From positions 28,793-92,792 of the forward strand of contig CAWANZ010000007.1 of NCBI GenBank assembly GCA_963783665.1: a DNA stretch of 64,000 bases. The letters run 5' to 3'. This DNA is from Candidatus Aminicenantes bacterium (GTDB lineage: Bacteria > Acidobacteriota > Aminicenantia > Aminicenantales > UBA4085). A model generated the notes under the pieces. It saw nothing but the letters and a program-made list of their open reading frames with translations. It had not been told where the DNA came from and ran no database searches. This document shows, piece after piece, positions 40,839 to 50,502 of the stretch. The position numbers and the translations under genes were made by a program. Positions within the stretch are counted from its first letter, which is position 1, and every line of letters starts with the position of its first letter.

Positions 40839-41119
40839 TCTCTTCCATTTAGTGTGGGTAGAGGTTCGGAGAATATAACGGCCTTCGCTCGCGCGTCCGG
40901 TTCTTCACGGTCTTTCTCGATTGGTTAGGCTTGGCGGCGAAGAACTCGCGTCCCGGAAGACTTTCTTACGGTTCAAGGCACGGGACGCTCAAATATCTTC
41001 GCACGGCCGGCTTCTTCCGAGCCGGCTTCCCAAGCACGACATCGAGAAAGACCTAAACCGGACGATGTTCGCTCCGACCGTCATAACCCTCACTATCTAC
41101 CCCCACAAGTTGGAAGAGA
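40839..41119 (+). repeat. Foldback (MITE/ERIC-like) intergenic repeat, copy 1
   Basis: The left arm is TCTCTTCCATTTAGTGTGGGTAGAGG...GGCCTTCGCTCGCGCGTCCGGTT. The right arm is AACCGGACGATGTTCGCTCCGACCG...CTACCCCCACAAGTTGGAAGAGA. Together they form an imperfect ~60-90 nt terminal inverted repeat. It fills the gap between the rfbB stop (40824) and the S41 peptidase stop (41122). Confidence 0.75.
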
Positions 41120-41121
41120 TC

Positions 41122-42465
41122 TCATTTTTTAATCAGGGCGAAGGCGCGCTCTAAAACTGGATCCTTGCCAGAAAGATAGTCGGCGATGCCGGGTTCGACC
41201 GGGTAATCCGGGAGGACGCCCCGGTAACGGGGCAGCGTTTTGACCGCCGCGGTAAATGTCATCCGGGCGATCGTCACGGCCAAGCCCGAATTTTTCAGCC
41301 GGACTTCCCGGGAGGCGTCGTTGCATTCGTAGGTTCCGCCGGTTTCGGAGCCGATCAAGGTCCCGATGGCGTGCTCCTTGAGAAGGGCGGTGATGTGGCC
41401 CGTCGAGGAAAAGCAGCCTTGATTGATGAGGACGAACAGCTTCCCTTCGAAGGCGCCGGCGGCCCGGGGGATGGGCTCGGCGAAGCGGGCGTAACCGCCC
41501 GGATAGACCCGGGCGAAATACGGAATGGGGTTCGGCTCCAGGTAGCCGAGGAGATGGGTTGTGCAGAAGGGATCGCCGCCGCCGTTGTCGCGCAGGTCGA
41601 GGATCAGATTGCGGACGCCCGCGGCGCGGATGCGGGTGAAGGAATCGTCGATAAACGCCTTGAACTTATCCACCGCCTGGTAATAGGAAAAGTTCCGGAT
41701 CGTCAGAATGGCCGTCCCTGCCGGGTCCTCGAGAATTTCGAAATCGAGATTGGGATCGCCCGTCGAGGTCGGACGATTATTCCTAGGGGGATCAGCCGGT
41801 ATTTGATTGTAACTAACGCCCCGGAGGCGGAGCGTTTCGGGTTCGTTCCGGCCGGGAAGCCGCGCCTCGACGACGAATTCCTCGGGAAAGCCGAACCGAT
41901 GAGCGTAAATCGGGGCGAACGCCGCGCTGAGCCTGAAGGTCTTGTTCCCGTCATTCGCGCCGTCGCTGGACGTCAGGGATTTGAGGACGGCCAGGATCTC
42001 CGGGATGGTTTGCCCATTGATGGCCGCGATTTCGCTTCCCGCGGGAAGGCGGGCGGCGGCCTCGGACGCGCCGGTCACGAAAGCCCGGTTGCCGAAAAAT
42101 CTGATCTTGAGAGGAAAAAAGCGCGCCGGCGCGTTTTGCCAGTATGCGGGCGGGGTGATCAACCGGGTATGGCCGCAGCCGACGGCTGTGATGAGGGGAG
42201 CGGCGATCGAATAGAATTGGCCGAGCGTCATCGGTCCGGTGATCAATCCGATCTGCTTTTCGTAGAGTCGCTCGAACGATTCTTTATCCGTGAATCCATA
42301 AACCGCCGGATGCGAATTTTCCAGGGCTGAGCGGATTTGGAGCAAGTCGGCTCTCAGATCCTCGGCTGAAAAAGCCGTTAAAGCGGGCTCGGGTTGAATG
42401 ATGCCGGAGTCGCACGGCGTTCCCAAGAAGGCCAGGGCCGTCATCAATGCCAGCGCGATTTTCAT
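41122..42465 (-). CDS. S41-family (tail-specific/C-terminal processing type) serine peptidase, secreted
   Basis: Intact 447-aa ORF with a signal peptide. LILDLRDNGGGD and FVLINQGCFSSTGHITALLKEH are typical S41 catalytic Ser/Lys region patterns. Confidence 0.85.
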   Translation of the reverse strand: MKIALALMTALAFLGTPCDSGIIQPEPALTAFSAEDLRADLLQIRSALENSHPAVYGFTDKESFERLYEKQIGLITGPMTLGQFYSIAAPLITAVGCGHTRLITPPAYWQNAPARFFPLKIRFFGNRAFVTGASEAAARLPAGSEIAAINGQTIPEILAVLKSLTSSDGANDGNKTFRLSAAFAPIYAHRFGFPEEFVVEARLPGRNEPETLRLRGVSYNQIPADPPRNNRPTSTGDPNLDFEILEDPAGTAILTIRNFSYYQAVDKFKAFIDDSFTRIRAAGVRNLILDLRDNGGGDPFCTTHLLGYLEPNPIPYFARVYPGGYARFAEPIPRAAGAFEGKLFVLINQGCFSSTGHITALLKEHAIGTLIGSETGGTYECNDASREVRLKNSGLAVTIARMTFTAAVKTLPRYRGVLPDYPVEPGIADYLSGKDPVLERAFALIKK

Positions 42466-42648
42466 CGGTCGATCTCCTCACAGCCGGATCTACCGGATCC
42501 ATATTAATTTAACGCCGGCTAACCGACAAAGTTACTGTTTTGACTTTATAAAGGGGGATTCTAAGAAGAAAAATGCCGTAAACGCGTTGATCTTATTGAT
42601 AAGGCCAGAAATCCTGAGGTCCGACCCCGATAAAAACAGATAAAAAAA

Positions 42649-42678
42649 TTGACAGGCCGAACTTCGATCGGCCATAAT
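42649..42678 (+). promoter_or_regulatory. Sigma70-like promoter candidate for the selenoprotein gene
   Basis: TTGACA (42649..42654), an 18-nt spacer, then CATAAT (42673..42678). It lies about 20 nt upstream of ATG 42699, in an AT-rich divergent intergenic region. Confidence 0.45.
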
Positions 42679-42698
42679 CGGCGGCAAGGGGTGTCTCG

Positions 42699-44867
42699 AT
42701 GAAAAAATTCTTTTTCCCTGCCGTCATCTTTTGTCTTGCCGTTTCGGTTGCGCCCGCGGAAGCGTTGAAGTGGCGAACCGGCTCCGTGGATGCCGCCCTG
42801 GCCGCGGCCAGAGCCGAGGGCAAGCTTCTCCTGATCGACTTCTTTACCGAAACCGGCTGAGGGAACTGCATCCTGCTGGGTCAGCAGGTTTATAATAATC
42901 CTTCCTACGCCGAATATCTCGATAAGCACTTCGTTCTTCTCCGGGTCACCCGGAACGAAATTGACGGCGAAAAAATGGTCAAGGCCTTCGGGGTCAGAAG
43001 GACGCCGTACGTCCTGATCCTCGACCCGGACGAACAGATTCGGGATTGGCTGGCCGGATACCTGCCGCCGGCGGAAGCGTATTTCGCCCGTCTCCAAGCC
43101 GCGGTCCGGGGAGAGGACACGGTCCGGGAGCTCTCCCGCCGGCTTTCGGCCGAGCCCGGGAATCCGGAGATCCGGATCAAGCTCGGCCTCAAGGAGCAGG
43201 AGCGCGACAATCGCGAGGAAGCGCTGGCGTTTTTCCGGGAAGCCGCTTCGCTCGACCCCGACGGGACGATCATGATGAAAAGCGACACCGGCGCCCTTGT
43301 CTCCTGCCGGGAGACGGCCGAGTATCAGCTCGTGCGGACCCCCATGGCGACTTCCGGAATCATCGAATCACGGCCGTTGCTGCGAATACATCAAGACGCA
43401 TCCGGACGGCCCGTATTTGCGCGACGCCTGCCTGACCATCACCCGCGGCCTGATCATGGACGAAAAAGAAGACCGGGAATTATTGAACTTGATGATGGAC
43501 CGGATCCCTCCGGATCCCGCCATCGCCGGCGTTTTGGCCAGGCGGCGGTCGAACGGATACGGGGGCCAGGTGATCAAAGAGCTGTCGGATAAGATCCGGG
43601 CTTACGCCGACGGGTCGGTGAAACGGGTCCCGGAATTTTCCCCCGTCGCGGCGGCTCAAAACCAGGCCGAGATCAACATGAATGCGAACGATCTGGCTGC
43701 GGCGGAAATCGCCTACGGCCCGGATTTCATGGCCGCTCAAACCCGGGCCTGGGCCAGGTCGCTCCTGGATTACGCCGATTACTGGAGGTCGAAAACCAAG
43801 GACAAGCTCGACGTGTTTCCGGCCGTCCGGCTGGCCCTCGAGATGCGGCCGGACGACCTGGCGATCCGAGCGGCGGCGGCGAAAGTGTATGCTTATGACC
43901 CGCCCCGGCTGGAAGACGCCCTGGCCGTCTACGGTCCCGAGCCGTTTCGTCGTCTGGCCGTGACGACCCAGGAATATTATGATTATTTCAGCTTCTGGAC
44001 GGCGCGGAAAGCCAACCGGGAAAGCGCCCTGGCCGCCCTGGAGAACGTCCTTCAAAGAGAGCCGGACAGCCTTCATTTCCGCTCCTCCTCCGCTTCCGCG
44101 CTTTACCGGGCCGGCGAGAAGGAAAAGGCCCTGGCCGTTTTCGGTCCGGCCTATGCCGATTCCCATTCCGAGCGCCTGTCGCATCTTTTTGAGTACGGAA
44201 GCTTCTGGGTAGGCCGGAAGGAAAATCTTGAAAGCGCGGTCCCGGCGTTGGTGAAAGCCGTTTCCGACCCGGCCATCCCGGCGATCAGCAAATGGCGGGC
44301 GGCCCAATTACTGGACGAAAGCGGCCGGCTCGCCGAAGTGGAACGATTCTTCGGACCGGCGTCCCTTCCGGGAATCAAGGATGACGCGCACGGCTTAGAT
44401 TTCTATATCGATTTCTGGAAGGAAAAGAAAAGCCGCCGGAATTCATCCTTCCGGCCATCGCCTTCAAGGAAAAAATCCCCGACTTGGACTGGATGGATCG
44501 TTCCCAGATCGCCTGGGCTTATGCCGGGTTGAATCTCCCCGCCCGCGCCGAAAAAGTTTACGGGCCGGAATATGCGAAGACGATTGCCGGAGAGGGAAGG
44601 CAATTGTTTTACTATGCCTCCTTCTGGGCCCGGCAGAAATTAAACCTCGCCTCGGCCTTAAATGCGGCTCAATCCGCGGTCCGGCTCATTCCGGATGACG
44701 CCGAAGCCTGGGCCTGCCTGGCCGACCTGCTCCTAATCGACGGCAGGAAGGAGGAGGCCGTGAAGGCAGCGGAAAAGGCCGTCGGCCTGGCCAAATCGAA
44801 AGAGGATAAAGAGAGGTTCGAGCGGCGAAAGGCGGAGATATCGGGCCTCGAGAAAAAACGCGGATAA
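42699..44867 (+). CDS. Periplasmic thioredoxin-fold (UxxC) candidate selenoprotein fused to a long TPR-like helical-repeat region. In-frame UGA at 42858, plus two frame shifts near 43380 and 44450.
   Basis: The signal peptide is MKKFFFPAVIFCLAVSVAPAEA. The domain then reads GKLLLIDFFTETG-TGA-GNCILLGQQVYNNPSYAEYLDKHFVLLRVTRNEIDGEKMVKAFGVRRTPYVLILD. The same frame runs on into ORF 42975..43592. The helical repeats continue in ORFs 43297..44532 and 44484..44867. Confidence 0.7.
42872..42888 (+). promoter_or_regulatory. Candidate bacterial SECIS stem-loop
   Basis: CCUGCU(G)-GGU-(C)AGCAGG is a 6-7 bp perfect stem starting 11 nt after UGA. The loop GGU sits at +22..+24 from the U of UGA. Confidence 0.55.
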
Positions 44868-44971
44868 GCCCGGACTTTCTATCTTGTTGATAATGAGGAA
44901 AATATTCCGGACCGCTCCCGGTTAATGGCCGGGTTATTCCGATTCTGCTATAATCCCTGCCGGGTGAATCC

Positions 44972-46453
44972 ATGTGCGGCGTTATAGGAATCTGGGCAAA
45001 CGGACAAGTCTTTCGCGACCTTTACCAGGGCATGCTGGCCATCCAACACCGGGGCCAGGACTCGGCCGGGATCATCACCTTCGATGACCGATTCCACACC
45101 AAGAAAGGCAACGGCCTTGTCCGGGACATTTTCAGCGCCGTCCACGCCGAGCGCCTGACCGGGAAAATCGGGATCGGCCACACCCGCTACCCGACGATCG
45201 GCGGGGGCCGGGGCGAGGACGCCCAGCCCTTTCAGCTGAACGCGCCCTTCGGGATCATCATGGCCCACAACGGGAACGTGGTGAACTACGGCGCCCTGAA
45301 AAAACACCTGACCGAGAAGCACCGCCGGATGCTGAACTCCGATAACGACGTCGAGAGCATCCTGAACATCTTCGCCGTCGCCCTGGAAGCCCAAAACCCG
45401 TCCGAGCTGACGCCGGACATCGTCTTCCAGGCCGTCGCTTCGGTCTTCCGGCAGGTCGTCGGGAGCTATTCCGTGATCGCCTATATCGCCGGACAGGGGA
45501 TGGTCGCCTTCCGCGATCCTTTCGGGATCAAGCCGCTCGTTTGGGGCCAGCGCCGCGACGGGGTCATCCCGTCCTACGCCGTCGCCTCCGAGAGCGTCTC
45601 CCTCAACATCATGAACTTCTCCGACATCCGGGACGTCGCGCCCGGCTCGGCGCTGTTCATCGACAAAAACCGCGAGGTCCATATGCGGCGGATCTCGGTC
45701 AAGCCCCATTCCCCCTGCCTCTTCGAATGGGTTTACTTCGCCCGGCCCGATTCGGTCATCGACGGGGTCAACGTCTACCGGGCCCGGGTCCACATGGGCG
45801 AGCTCCTGGCCGAGGAAATCCGCAAGCTCGGCCTGTCGATCGACGTCGTCGTCCCGATCCCCGATTCGGCCCGGGACGCGGCCATCGAGATTGCCCGGAA
45901 GCTCGACCTGAAATACCGCGAAGCCCTGGTCAAGAACCGGTACATCGGCCGGACCTTCATCATGCCGGCCGAAAACGACCGCCAGAGCACGGTCCGGTAC
46001 AAGCTCAACCCCATCGCCTCCGAATTCAAGGACAAGGACGTTCTCCTGGTCGACGACAGCATCGTCCGGGGCAACACCTCCCGGGCCATCGTTCGGCTGG
46101 TCCGGGATTGCGGGGCCCGGAACGTCTATTTCGCTTCCTGCTCACCGCCTCTTCGCTTCCCCTGCGTTTACGGGATCGACATGCAGACCCGGACGGAATT
46201 CGTCGCCCGGGATCGCGATTTCGACGAGATCGCCAAGCGGATCGGGGCGGACAAGGTCATCTACCAAACCCAGGCGAACCTGATCAAGGCCGTCCAGATG
46301 GAGAATCCCAACCTCGGCCGGTTCTGCGCGGCCTGTTTCGACGGTAATTACATCACCGGGGATGTCACTCCGGAGATGCTCGCCTCGATCGAGGAAGAGC
46401 GCCGGACCTTGTCGTCCGGCCAGCTGGCGCTTCAAATCAAGTCCGCCCTTTAA
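44972..46453 (+). CDS. purF: Amidophosphoribosyltransferase
   Basis: Intact 493-aa ORF. The N-terminal nucleophile is MCGVIGI. Also present are ...HRGQDSAGI...GIGHTRYPT...AHNGN and the PRPP-binding loop VLLVDDSIVRGNTS. Confidence 0.95.
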   Translation: MCGVIGIWANGQVFRDLYQGMLAIQHRGQDSAGIITFDDRFHTKKGNGLVRDIFSAVHAERLTGKIGIGHTRYPTIGGGRGEDAQPFQLNAPFGIIMAHNGNVVNYGALKKHLTEKHRRMLNSDNDVESILNIFAVALEAQNPSELTPDIVFQAVASVFRQVVGSYSVIAYIAGQGMVAFRDPFGIKPLVWGQRRDGVIPSYAVASESVSLNIMNFSDIRDVAPGSALFIDKNREVHMRRISVKPHSPCLFEWVYFARPDSVIDGVNVYRARVHMGELLAEEIRKLGLSIDVVVPIPDSARDAAIEIARKLDLKYREALVKNRYIGRTFIMPAENDRQSTVRYKLNPIASEFKDKDVLLVDDSIVRGNTSRAIVRLVRDCGARNVYFASCSPPLRFPCVYGIDMQTRTEFVARDRDFDEIAKRIGADKVIYQTQANLIKAVQMENPNLGRFCAACFDGNYITGDVTPEMLASIEEERRTLSSGQLALQIKSAL

Positions 46454-46472
46454 TCATGGGAAGGAAAGCTTT

Positions 46473-47435
46473 ATGAACGTTTTAATCACGGGAATCACCG
46501 GCTTCGCCGGCAGCCACCTGGCCGAATACATCCTCGCCCATCATCCCGGTATCGAGGTCCACGGCATCGCCCGCTGGCGGAGCCGAATGGACAACATCGC
46601 TCATCTTGTCCGGGAGGGGAAAGTCCATCTCCACGAAGCCGACCTTAAGGACATGATTTCGCTGCGGAAGATGCTGGCCGAGGCCCGCCCCGACCGGATC
46701 TTTCACCTGGCCGCCCAAAGCTTCGTCCCGGCTTCCTGGCGCCTGCCGGCCGAAACGTTCATGATCAACGCCGTCGGCCAGGTCAACCTCTTCGAGGCCG
46801 TCCTGGCCGAGAAGCTCGAGCCCCGCATCCAGATCGCCGGCTCGAGCGAGGAATACGGGATGGTTCATCCCGACGAAGTCCCGATGAAGGAAACCAATCC
46901 GCTCCGGCCCCTCAGCCCCTATGCCGTGAGCAAAGTCGCCCAGGATCTCCTGGGATATCAGTACTGGCAGAGCTACCGCCTCCATGTGGTCCGGACCCGG
47001 GGCTTCAACCACACCGGCCCCCGCCGCGGCGACGTCTTCGTCACTTCGAACTTCGCCCGCCAGATCGCCCGGATCGAAAAAGGCCAGGTCGAGCCGGTCA
47101 TCCGGGTCGGCAACCTCGAAGCCAAGCGCGACTTCACCGACGTCCGCGACACCGTCCGGGCCTACTGGCTGGCCCTGGAAAAAGGCGATCCGGGCGACGT
47201 GTACAATATCGGCACCGGAACGACGATCTCGATGAAGGACATGCTCGGGATCCTCCTGTCCCACAGCCCGGCCAAGGTCGAAGTCCGGGTCGATCCCGAT
47301 CGCCTCCGGCCGTCCGACGTTCAGATCCTCTATGCCGACGTCTCGAAATTCGCGGCTAAGACCGGCTGGGCTCCGAAAATTCCGCTGCAGACAACCCTGA
47401 AGGACCTTCTCGATTACTGGCGGGCCCGGGTCTGA
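46473..47435 (+). CDS. NAD(P)-dependent epimerase/dehydratase of the GDP-mannose 4,6-dehydratase family
   Basis: MNVLITGITGFAGSHLAEYIL...HLAAQSFV...SSEEYG...PLSPYAVSKV..D.L...Y, then NHTGPRRG..FV.S.FA.QIA. ATG 46473 follows a GGAAGGAAAG ribosome-binding site. The ORF-track start at 46362 would overlap purF. Confidence 0.8.
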   Translation: MNVLITGITGFAGSHLAEYILAHHPGIEVHGIARWRSRMDNIAHLVREGKVHLHEADLKDMISLRKMLAEARPDRIFHLAAQSFVPASWRLPAETFMINAVGQVNLFEAVLAEKLEPRIQIAGSSEEYGMVHPDEVPMKETNPLRPLSPYAVSKVAQDLLGYQYWQSYRLHVVRTRGFNHTGPRRGDVFVTSNFARQIARIEKGQVEPVIRVGNLEAKRDFTDVRDTVRAYWLALEKGDPGDVYNIGTGTTISMKDMLGILLSHSPAKVEVRVDPDRLRPSDVQILYADVSKFAAKTGWAPKIPLQTTLKDLLDYWRARV

Positions 47436-47456
47436 CGGCGTCCCGGCCCAGGAGAC

Positions 47457-48490
47457 GTGAGGATGCCCGCCGCCAAGAAACGCCCGGCCGAACCCCTGCG
47501 CGTTTTCATCACCGGAGCGACGGGATTCGCCGGCCGCCATCTCATCGCCTTCCTCGAAGAGGAAGAACGGCGGAAAAAATCCGGCCGGCTCCTGGACATC
47601 ACCGGGACGTGCTTTCCCGAACGGCCGGAAGATTGCCCGGATTTTGCCGCCGCCTCGCCCGGGGTGAAGCTCATCCCGCTGGATCTGCGCGACGCCGCGG
47701 CCGTTTCCGCCGCCGTCTCCGCGGCTCGGCCGGACCGCATCTTTCACCTGGCCGCGATTTCCCAGGTCAAAGCGTCCTGGGACAAGCGGAAAGAAACAAT
47801 CGAAACGAACATCCTTGGAACCTTCAATCTCTTTGAGGCCGTTCGTCTCCATGCCCCTTCGGCCCGGATCCTGTTCGTCAGCTCGTCGGACGTTTATGGA
47901 AAACAGGGTCCCGAAGAGCATGCCGCTTCGGGAAACCGCCCGAACCGGCGCGGCCAGCCCGTATGGATTCACCAAGCTCAGCGGCGAGGCCATGGCCGGA
48001 TTCTATGTCCGGAGCGAGAAGCTTCGCGATCGTCATCGCCCGGCCGTTCACCCACACCGGCCCCGGCCAGAGCCCGGACTTCGTTTGCTCGGACTGGGCT
48101 CGCCAAATCGCCGTGATCGAGGCGGCCGGAAAAACAAAAGGGGCCCTCAAGGTCGGAAATCTCGCGGTCCGGCGCGATTATTCCGATGTCCGGGATGTCG
48201 TGCGGGCCTACGCCCTGCTTCTCGAGAAAGGAAAAGCGGGGGAGGCCTACAACATCTCCTCGGGCAAGTCCCCCTCCCTTCGGGTCATCCTCCGGATGCT
48301 CCAGAATAAATCGTCCGCCGACATCGGCTTCAACGTCGACCGCGAAACGTTTCCGCAAGGCCGATATTCCGCTCCTGGCCGGAAGCCACGCCAAAATCGC
48401 CCGGGAAACCGGATGGAAGCCGCGTTTCAACCTGGAGACAACGCTCGCCGACCTTCTCGAAGAATGGCGGGCAAAAGTCCGGAGCGGATG
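47457..48490 (+). CDS. Second GDP-sugar dehydratase/reductase-like SDR (Rmd-like?), frame-shifted. The 3-prime boundary is inferred only.
   Basis: RVFITGATGFAGRHL...HLAAISQV...SSSDVYG in ORF 47457..48116, then SPYGFTKLSGEAMAGFY, then ARPFTHTGPGQSPDFVCSDWARQIAVIE...GNLAVRRDYSDVRDVVRAY, then ...AKIARETGWKPRFNLETTLADLLEEWR in other frames. There is no stop codon in any plus frame between 48310 and 48950. Confidence 0.55.
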
Positions 48491-49504
48491 CCGTCCTCCC
48501 GGAATCCGCGCGAAAAAGCGCCCCATCGACGGCCAAGCTCCGGTCCGGGCAAGCGCACGTCCTGGTCACCGGCGGAGCCGGATACATCGGGTCCCTGCTG
48601 GTCGAGGAGCTTCTCCGCTCGAACCGCCGGGTCACGGTCCTCGACTCGCTCGTCCACGGAGGCAATTCCCTCCTGGCCTACCTGCCGCATCCGGCCTTCG
48701 CCTTTCACCGCGTCGACGTCTGCGACCGGAAGGCGCTCGCTCCGCATTTTGCCGGCGTCGACGCCGTCGTCCACCTGGCGGCGATCGTCGGGTACCCGGC
48801 CTGCGACCGGGCCGGCCGCAAGGCCGCCTTTCGCTGCAACGTCGAGGGGACGCGCAACGCCTTCGAGGCGGCCGAGCAGGCCGGAGCGGAGCGGTTCCTT
48901 TTCGCCTCGTCCTACAGCAATTATGGCCTGGCGCCCGACGGACGCCCGGTGACGGAAGAGTCGCCGCTGTTCCCTCAATCGATCTACGCCGAGACGAAAA
49001 TCGAGGCGGAGCGGTATCTGGCCGCCCGGTCGGCCGGGGCCCGGACGGCCCCGATCCTCTTCCGTTTTGCCACCCTCTTCGGCCCGTCGCCGAGGACGCG
49101 GTTCGACCTCATCATCAACCAGTTCGTCTGGGAGGCCGTGGTCGAAAAGAAGCTGGCCGTCTATCAGCCGGGATTCAACCGCTCGTTCGTCCATATCCGG
49201 GACGTCGTCCGGGCCCTGGTCTCCGCCCTGGAGGCTTCGGTCGGACGGCGTGCGCGGTCAAATCTTCAACGTCGGGTCCAACGCCGCGAATTATTCAAAA
49301 GCCGAGATTGCCGACTTGATCAAGAAATACGCCCCGCCGTTCGAGCTGACCTTTCCCGACCTGAGCTTCGACGGCGATATGCGGGACGTCCGCGTGGCCT
49401 TCGATAAGATCGAGCGGGTCCTGGGCTGGAAGGCCGGGATCACCGTCGAAGACGGGATCCGGGAGCTTGTCGGGGCGATTTCCTCGGGCTTTCTGAAAAA
49501 ATAA
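48488..49504 (+). CDS. NAD-dependent epimerase/dehydratase (UDP-hexose 4-epimerase-like SDR), frame-shifted
   Basis: AHVLVTGGAGYIGSLLVEELL begins near 48553, followed by ...VVHLAAIVGYPAC...FLFASSYSNYG...SIYAETKIEAERYL. A shift near 49240 leads into ORF 49067..49504 (QIFNVGSNAANYSKAEIADLI...VLGWKAGITVEDGIRELV). The start at ATG 48488 requires one more shift. Confidence 0.6.
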
Positions 49505-49520
49505 GCCGTTCCCCGGCTCC

Positions 49521-50502
49521 TCAGAGGTTTTCGATCGCCGCCAGGAGCTCTTCCGGAGCGCAGACGGCCGTTCCGATCTTCCCGACGACGACGCCGCCGG
49601 CGGCGTTGGCCAAGACCGCCGCTTCCCTGATCGACATTCCGCCGATAACGGCCAGGGCGGCCGTGGCGATGACCGTGTCGCCGGCTCCGGTCACATCGAA
49701 CACTTCCCGGGCGATCGTCGGAATATGGATGGGTTTTTTGCCCCGCTCGAAGATCGACATCCCCTGCTCGCCCCGCTTGATGATCAGGTAGCGGCAGGAG
49801 ATCATTTCCATGATTTCCCGGCCGGCCTTTTCGACCTCGGCGTCGGTCCGGCAGGAATGGCGGACGACCCGTTCGGCTTCGTGGTGGTTGGGGGAGATGA
49901 ACGTCACCGGGGTAAAGAGGGCGAAATTCTCGACCTTCGGGATCGACGAAGACCGGAATGCGGGCTTCGCGCGGCAAAGGCCAGGACGCGGGCCATCATC
50001 GACTTGGTCACGATCCCCTTGTTGTAGTCGGAGACGATGATCCCGGCGATAGCGTTTCTTCCTTGATAAAGCGGACCATCCGGTCTTCCATCTCCGGGGG
50101 AATGGCCTGCTTTTTTTCCTGGTCCACCCGGACGACCTGCTGGTGCTCGGCGATGATCCGGGTTTTGACCGTCGTCGGGCGCTCGGGGTCGAGGAAGATG
50201 CCCCGGCCGTCGGGGACGTTTTTCTTGATCCACTGACCTTCTTCGTCGTCGCCGACGACGCCGACGAGGAGCGGGGCGGCCTTCAAGGCCTGGAGGTTAT
50301 GGGCGACGTTGCCCGCCCCGCCCAGGGCCGTGGTGCTTTTGTGGACTTCGACGACCGGGACGGGCGCTTCGGGCGAGATGCGGGAGACGCTGCCCCAGAT
50401 GTATTTGTCGAGCATCAGGTCGCCGAGGACGAGGACCCGGCGGTTGCGGAATCCCCGGACCGCCCGGCGGGCTTTGGGGAGGGAGAGCGAGATCGACGTC
50501 AT
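49521..50502 (-). CDS. D-glycero-beta-D-manno-heptose-7-phosphate kinase (RfaE/HldE domain I, PfkB family), two frame shifts
   Basis: The N-terminus is RVLVLGDLMLDKYIWGSVSRISPEAPVPVVEV......GGAGNVAHNL (ORF 50008..50538, ATG 50502). The middle is AIAGIIVSDYNKGIVT (ORF 49904..50233). The C-terminus is FISPNHHEAE......FDVTGAGDTVIATAALAV..G......AAVLANAAGGVVVGKIGTA (ORF 49521..49907). Confidence 0.7.

Noticed and set aside
40921-41154. Small ORFs inside the foldback repeats (77 aa at 40921..41154, 60 aa at 60210..60392) sharing ...RTMFAP..IT...YPH..EE.
   Set aside because: The similarity is at the nucleotide level, in the right-arm repeat, and includes compensating indels. Copy 2 reads in a different frame. 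There is no RBS and no start conservation. These are not a conserved peptide.
42466-42698. The AT-rich 230-nt divergent intergenic region, inspected for a riboswitch, small RNA or tRNA-Sec.
   Set aside because: I could recognise no cloverleaf or conserved riboswitch core. It is best explained as a divergent promoter region containing TTGACA-18-CATAAT and the shared 20-nt motif.
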